Below the pieces are notes generated by a model. The model saw only the letters and a list, made by a program, of their open reading frames with translations, had not been told where the DNA came from and did no database searches. A DNA stretch of 64,000 nt, taken from Eledone cirrhosa. Its lineage: Eukaryota. Below are positions 57,801-64,000 of the stretch, piece by piece. The translations under genes and the position numbers were made by a program. The stretch covers positions 211,668,001 to 211,732,000 of the forward strand of contig OZ024741.1 in NCBI GenBank assembly GCA_964016885.1, given 5' to 3'. The stretch's first letter is position 1; each line of letters starts with the position of its first letter.

Positions 57801-60800
57801 TTGTTATAGTTGTTGATGTTGTTATTGTTGTTGATGTTGTTATTGTTGTTGATGTTGTCATCGTTGTTGATGTTGTCATTGTTGTTGATGTTGTTATTGT
57901 TGTTGATGTTGTCATTGTTGTTGATGTTGTTATTGTTGTTGATGTTGTCATTGTTGTTGATGTTATTGTTGTTGATGTTGCTATTGTTGTTGTCATTGTT
58001 GTTGATGTTGTCATTGTTGTTGGTGTTGTCATCGTTGTTGGTGTTGTCATTGTTGTTGATGTTGTTATTGTTGTTGATGTTGTTATTGTTGTTGATGTTG
58101 TTATTGTTGTTGATGTTGTCATTGTTGTTGATGTTGTCATTGTTGTTGATGTTGTCATTGCTGTTGATGTTGTTATTGTTGTTGATGTTGTCATTGTTGT
58201 TGATGTTGTGTTGTTGATGTTTTCATTGTTGTTGATGTTGTTATTGTTGTTGTTGTTGTTATTGTTGTTGATGTTGTTATTGTTGTTGATGTTGTCATTG
58301 TTGTTGATGTTGTTATTGTTGTTGATGTTGTTATTGTTGTTGATGTTGTTATTGTTGTTGTCATTTTTGTTGATGTTGTCATTGTTGTTGGTGTTGTCAT
58401 TGTTGCTGGTGTTGTCATTGTTGTTGATGTTGTTATTGTTGTTGATGTTGTCATTGTTGTTGATGTTGTTATTGTTGTTGATTTTGTTATTGTTGTTGAT
58501 GTTGTTATTGTTGTTGATGTTGTTATTGTTGTTGATGTTGTCATTGTTGTTGATGTTGTTATTGGTGTTGATGTTGTTATTGTTGTTGATGTTGTCATTG
58601 TTGTTAATGTTGTTATTGTTGTTGATGTTGTTATTGTTGTTGATGTTGTTATCGTCGTTGATGTTGTTATAGTTGTTGATGTTGTCATTGTTGTTGATGT
58701 TGTTATTGTTGTTGATGTTGTTATTGTTGTTGATGCTGTATTTGTTGTTGATGTTGTTATTGTTGTTGATGTTGTTATTGTTGTTGATGTTGATGTTGTT
58801 ATTGTTGTTGATGTTGTGATTGTTGTTGTCATTGTTGTTGATGTTGTCATTGTTGTTGGTGTTGTCATCGTTGTTGGTGTTGTCATTGTTGTTGATGTTG
58901 TTATTGTTGTTGATGTTGTCATTGTTGTTGATGTTGTCATTGTTGTTGATGTTGTCATTGTTGTTCATGTTGTCATTATTGTTGATGTTGTTATTGTTGT
59001 TGATGTTGTTATTGTTGTTGATGTTGTTATTGTTGTTGGTGTTGTCATTGTTGTTGATGTTGTTATTGTTGTTGATATTGTTATTGTTGTTGATGTTGTT
59101 ATTGTTGTTGATGTTGTCATTCTCGTTGATGTTGTTATTGTTGTTGATGTTGTCATTGTTGTTGATGTTGTTATTGTTGTTGGTGTTGTCATTGTTGTTG
59201 ATGTTGTCATTGTTGTTGATGTTGTCATTGTTGTTCATGTTGTCATTATTGTTGATGTTGTTATTGTTGTTGATGTTGTTATTGATGTTGATGTTGTTAT
59301 TGTTGTTGGTGTTGTCATTGTTGTTGATGTTGTTATTGTTGTTGATATTGTTATTGTTGTTGATGTTGTTATTGTTGTTGATGTTGTCATTCTCGTTGAT
59401 GTTGTTATTGTTGTTGATGTTGTCATTGTTGTTGATGTTGTTATTGTTGTTGGTGTTGTCATTGTTGTTGATGTTGTCATTGTTGTTGATGTTGTCATTG
59501 TTGTTGATGTTGTTATTGTTGTTGGTGTTGTCATTGTTGTTGATGTTGTTATTGTTGTTGATGTTGTTATTGTTGTTGATGTTGTCATCGTTGTTGATGT
59601 TGTCATTGTTGTTGATGTTGTTATTGTTGGTGATGTTGTTATTGTTGATGTTGTTATTGTTGTTGATGTTGTCATTGTTGTTGATGTTGTTCTTGTTGTT
59701 GATGTTGTCATTGTTATTGATGTTGTCATTGTTGTTGATGTTGTTATTGTTGTTGATGTTGTCATTGTTGTTGATGTTGTTATGGTTGTTGATGTTGTTA
59801 TTGTTGATGTTGTTATTGTTGTTGATGTTATCATTGTTGTTGATGTTGATATCGTTGTTGATGTTGTTATTGTTGATGTTGTTATTGTTGTTGATGTTGT
59901 TATTGTTGTTGATGTTTCTATTGTTGTTGATGTTGTCATTGTTGTTGATGTTGTCATTGTTGTTGATGTTGTCATTGCTGTTGATGTTGTTATTGTTGTT
60001 GATGTTGTCATTGTTGTTGATGTTGTGTTGTTGATGTTTTCATTGTTGTTGATGTTGTTATTGTTGTTGTTATTGTTGTTGATGTTGTTATTGTTGTTGA
60101 TGTTGTCATTGTTGTTGATGTTGTTATTGTTGTTGATGTTGTTATTGTTGTTGATGTTGTTATTGTTGTTGTCATTGTTGTTGATGTTGTCATTGTTGTT
60201 GGTGTTGTCATTGTTGCTGGTGTTGTCATTGTTGTTGATGTTGTTATTGTTGTTGATGTTGTCATTGTTGTTGATGTTGTTATTGTTGTTGATGTTGTTA
60301 TTGTTGTTGATATTTTCAATGTTGTTGATGTTGTTATTGATGTTGATGTTGTTATTGTTGTTGGTGTTGTCATTGTTGTTGATGTTGTTATTGTTGTTGA
60401 TATTGTTATTGTTGTTGATGTTGTTATTGTTGTTGATGTTGTCATTGTCGTTGATGTTGTTATTGTTGTTGATGTTGTCATTGTTGTTGATGTTGTTATT
60501 GTTGTTGGTGTTGTCATTGTTGTTGATGTTGTCATTGTTGTTGATGTTGTCATTGTTGTTGATGTTGTTATTGTTGTTGGTGTTGTCATTGTTGTTGATG
60601 TTGTTATTGTTGTTGATGTTGTTATTGTTGTTGATGTTGTCATCGTTGTTGATGTTGTCATTGTTGTTGATGTTGTTATTGTTGTTGATGTTGTCATTGT
60701 TGTTGATGTTGTTATTGTTGGTGATGTTGTTATTGTTGATGTTGTTATTGTTGTTGATGTTGTCATTGTTGTTGATGTTGTTCTTGTTGTTGATGTTGTC

Positions 60801-63800
60801 ATTGTTGTTGATGTTGTCATTGTTGTTGATGTTGTTATTGTTGTTGATGTTGTCATTGTTGTTGATGTTGTTATTGTTGTTGATGTTGTTATTGTTGATG
60901 TTGTTATTGTTGTTGATGTTATCATTGTTGTTGATGTTGATATCGTTGTTGATGTTGTTATTGTTGATGTTGTTATTGTTGTTGATGTTGTTATTGTTGT
61001 TGATGTTTTTATTGTTGTTGATGTTGTCATTGTTGTTGATGTTGTCATTGTTGTTGATGTTGTCATTGCTGTTGATGTTGTTATTGTTGTTGATGTTGTC
61101 ATTGTTGTTGATGTTGTGTTGTTGATGTTTTCATTGTTGTTGATGTTGTTATTGTTGTTGTTGTTGTTATTGTTGTTGATGTTGTTATTGTTGTTGATGT
61201 TGTCATTGTTGTTGATGTTGTTATTGTTGTTGATGTTGTTATTGTTGTTGATGTTGTTATTGTTGTTGTCATTGTTGTTGATGTTGTCATTGTTGTTGGT
61301 GTTGTCATTGTTGCTGGTGTTGTCATTGTTGTTGATGTTGTTATTGTTGTTGATGTTGTCATTGTTGTTGATGTTGTTATTGTTGTTGATTTTGTTATTG
61401 TTGATGATGTTGTTATTGTTGTTGATGTTGTTATTGTTGTTGATGTTGTCATTGTTGTTGATGTTGTTATTGGTGTTGATGTTGTTATTGTTGTTGATGT
61501 TGTCATTGTTGTTAATGTTGTTATTGTTGTTGATGTTGTTATTGTTGTTGATGTTGTTATCGTCGTTGATGTTGTTATAGTTGTTGATGTTGTCATTGTT
61601 GTTGATGTTGTTATTGTTGTTGATGTTGTTATTGTTGTTGATGCTGTATTTGTTGTTGATGTTGTTATTGTTGTTGATGTTGTTATTGTTGTTGATGTTG
61701 ATGTTGTTATTGTTGTTGATGTTGTGATTGTTGTTGTCATTGTTGTTGATGTTGTCATTGTTGTTGGTGTTGTCATCATTGTTGGTGTTGTCATTGTTGT
61801 TGATGTTGTTATTGTTGTTGATGTTGTCATTGTTGTTGATGTTGTCATTGTTGTTGATGTTGTCATTGTTGTTCATGTTGTCATTATTGTTGATGTTGTT
61901 ATTGTTGTTGATGTTGTTATTGTTGTTGATGTTGTCATTGTTGTTAATGTCGTTATTGTTGTTGATGTTGTTATTGTTGTTGGTGTTGTCATTGTTGTTG
62001 ATGTTGTCATTGTTGTTGATGTTGTTATTGTTGTTGATGTTGTTATTGTTTATGATGTTGTTATTGTTGTTGATGTTGTCATTGTTGTTGATGTTGTTAT
62101 TGTTGTTGATGTTGTTATTGTTGTTTGTCATTGTTGTTGATGTTGTCATTGATGTTGATGTTGTTATTGTTGTTGATGTTGTCATTGTTGTTGATGTTGT
62201 TATTGTTGTTGATGTTGTTATTGTTGTTGATATTTTCAATGTTGTTGATGTTGTTATTGATGTTGATGTTGTTATTGTTGTTGGTGTTGTCATTGTTGTT
62301 GATGTTGTTATTGTTGTTGATATTGTTATTGTTGTTGATGTTGTTATTGTTGTTGATGTTGTCATTCTCGTTGATGTTGTTATTGTTGTTGATGTTGTCA
62401 TTGTTGTTGATGTTGTTATTGTTGTTGGTGTTGTCATTGTTGTTGATGTTGTCATTGTTGTTGATGTTGTCATTGTTGTTGATGTTGCTATTGTTGTTGG
62501 TGTTGTCATTGTTGTTGATGTTGTTATTGTTGTTGATGTTGTTATTGTTGTTGATGTTGTCATCGTTGTTGATGTTGTCATTGTTGTTGATGTTGTTATT
62601 GTTGTTGATGTTGTCATTGTTGTTGATGTTGTTATTGTTGGTGATGTTGTTATTGTTGATGTTGTTATTGTTGTTGATGTTGTCATTGTTGTTGATGTTG
62701 TTCTTGTTGTTGATGTTGTCATTGTTATTGATGTTGTCATTGTTGTTGATGTTGTTATTGTTGTTGATGTTGTCATTGTTGTTGATGTTGTTATTGTTGT
62801 TGATGTTGTTATTGTTGATGTTGTTATTGTTGTTGATGTTATCATTGTTGTTGATGTTGATATCGTTGTTGATGTTGTTATTGTTGATGTTGTTATTGTT
62901 GTTGATGTTGTTATTGTTGTTGATGTTTTTATTGTTGTTGATGTTGTCATTGTTGTTGATGTTGTCATTGTTGTTGATGTTGTCATTGCTGTTGATGTTG
63001 TTATTGTTGTTGATGTTGTCATTGTTGTTGATGTTGTGTTGTTGATGTTTTCATTGTTGTTGATGTTGTTATTGTTGTTGTTGTTATTGTTGTTGATGTT
63101 GTTATTGTTGTTGATGTTGTCATTGTTGTTGATGTTGTTATTGTTGTTGATGTTGTTATTGTTGTTGATGTTGTTATTGTTGTTGTCATTGTTGTTGATG
63201 TTGTCATTGTTGTTGGTGTTGTCATTGTTGCTGGTGTTGTCATTGTTGTTGATGTTGTTATTGTTGTTGATGTTGTCATTGTTGTTGATGTTGTTATTGT
63301 TGTTGATGTTGTTATTGTTGTTGATATTTTCAATGTTGTTGATGTTGTTATTGATGTTGATGTTGTTATTGTTGTTGGTGTTGTCATTGTTGTTGATGTT
63401 GTTATTGTTGTTGATATTGTTATTGTTGTTGATGTTGTTATTGTTGTTGATGTTGTCATTGTCGTTGATGTTGTTATTGTTGTTGATGTTGTCATTGTTG
63501 TTGATGTTGTTATTGTTGTTGGTGTTGTCATTGTTGTTGATGTTGTCATTGTTGTTGATGTTGTCATTGTTGTTGATGTTGTTATTGTTGTTGGTGTTGT
63601 CATTGTTGTTGATGTTGTTATTGTTGTTGATGTTGTTATTGTTGTTGATGTTGTCATCGTTGTTGATGTTGTCATTGTTGTTGATGTTGTTATTGTTGTT
63701 GATGTTGTCATTGTTGTTGATGTTGTTATTGTTGGTGATGTTGTTATTGTTGATGTTGTTATTGTTGTTGATGTTGTCATTGTTGTTGATGTTGTTCTTG

Positions 63801-64000
63801 TTGTTGATGTTGTCATTGTTGTTGATGTTGTCATTGTTGTTGATGTTGTCATTGTTGTTGATGTTGTTATTGTTGTTGATGTTGTTATTGTTGTTGATGT
63901 TGTCATTGTTGTTGATGTTGTCATTGTTGTTGATGTTGTTCTTGTTGTTGATGTTGTTATTGTTGTTGATGTTGTCATTGTTGTTGATGTTGTCATTGTT
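35270..64000. repeat. Satellite array of the 18-bp unit GATGTTGT(T/C)ATTGTTGTT with higher-order duplications; runs off window end
   Basis: Read directly. Rare variants and ORF-track boundaries recur at offsets of ~3430 and 10665-10683. Confidence 0.98.

Noticed and set aside
35153-63996. Very long ORFs (mucin-like TTITTS/TTMTTS, poly-N, poly-L, VVIVVD)
   Set aside because: By-products of a stop-poor triplet satellite: open in several frames on both strands, recurrent +1/-1 shifts and stops, no synonymous-site pattern, and no signal peptide or unique domain.

Overview
Eukaryotic (animal) repeat-dominated DNA with no recognisable host gene. The SINE, LINE and (TA)n content suggests an octopod cephalopod (inference only). 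1-13.8 kb is a nested array of non-LTR retrotransposons strung along (TAA/ATT)n tracts: five minus-strand R4/Dong-type (RT + restriction-like endonuclease) pieces from two families, plus one full-length L1/Tx1-clade element with an intact 1139-aa ORF2. 13.8-35.2 kb is (TA)n-rich DNA holding a Penelope-like (PLE) GIY-YIG remnant, eight hammerhead-ribozyme (HHR) loci (intact or degenerate) from about seven unrelated sequence families, several in fold-back mini-elements, a ~374-bp PLE-derived unit with a conserved non-hammerhead module, two non-autonomous Helitrons, tRNA-derived Meta-domain SINEs, a CR1 remnant and a second Tx1 family lying in (TATC)n. 35.27-64 kb is a >28-kb satellite of an 18-bp (GTT)n-derived unit with ~3.4-kb and ~10.67-kb higher-order duplications; its long ORFs are artefacts. 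The most notable signals are the ribozyme-bearing fold-back elements, the shared cis-module with matching end points in two different elements, and the apparent partitioning of microsatellite targets among retroelement families.
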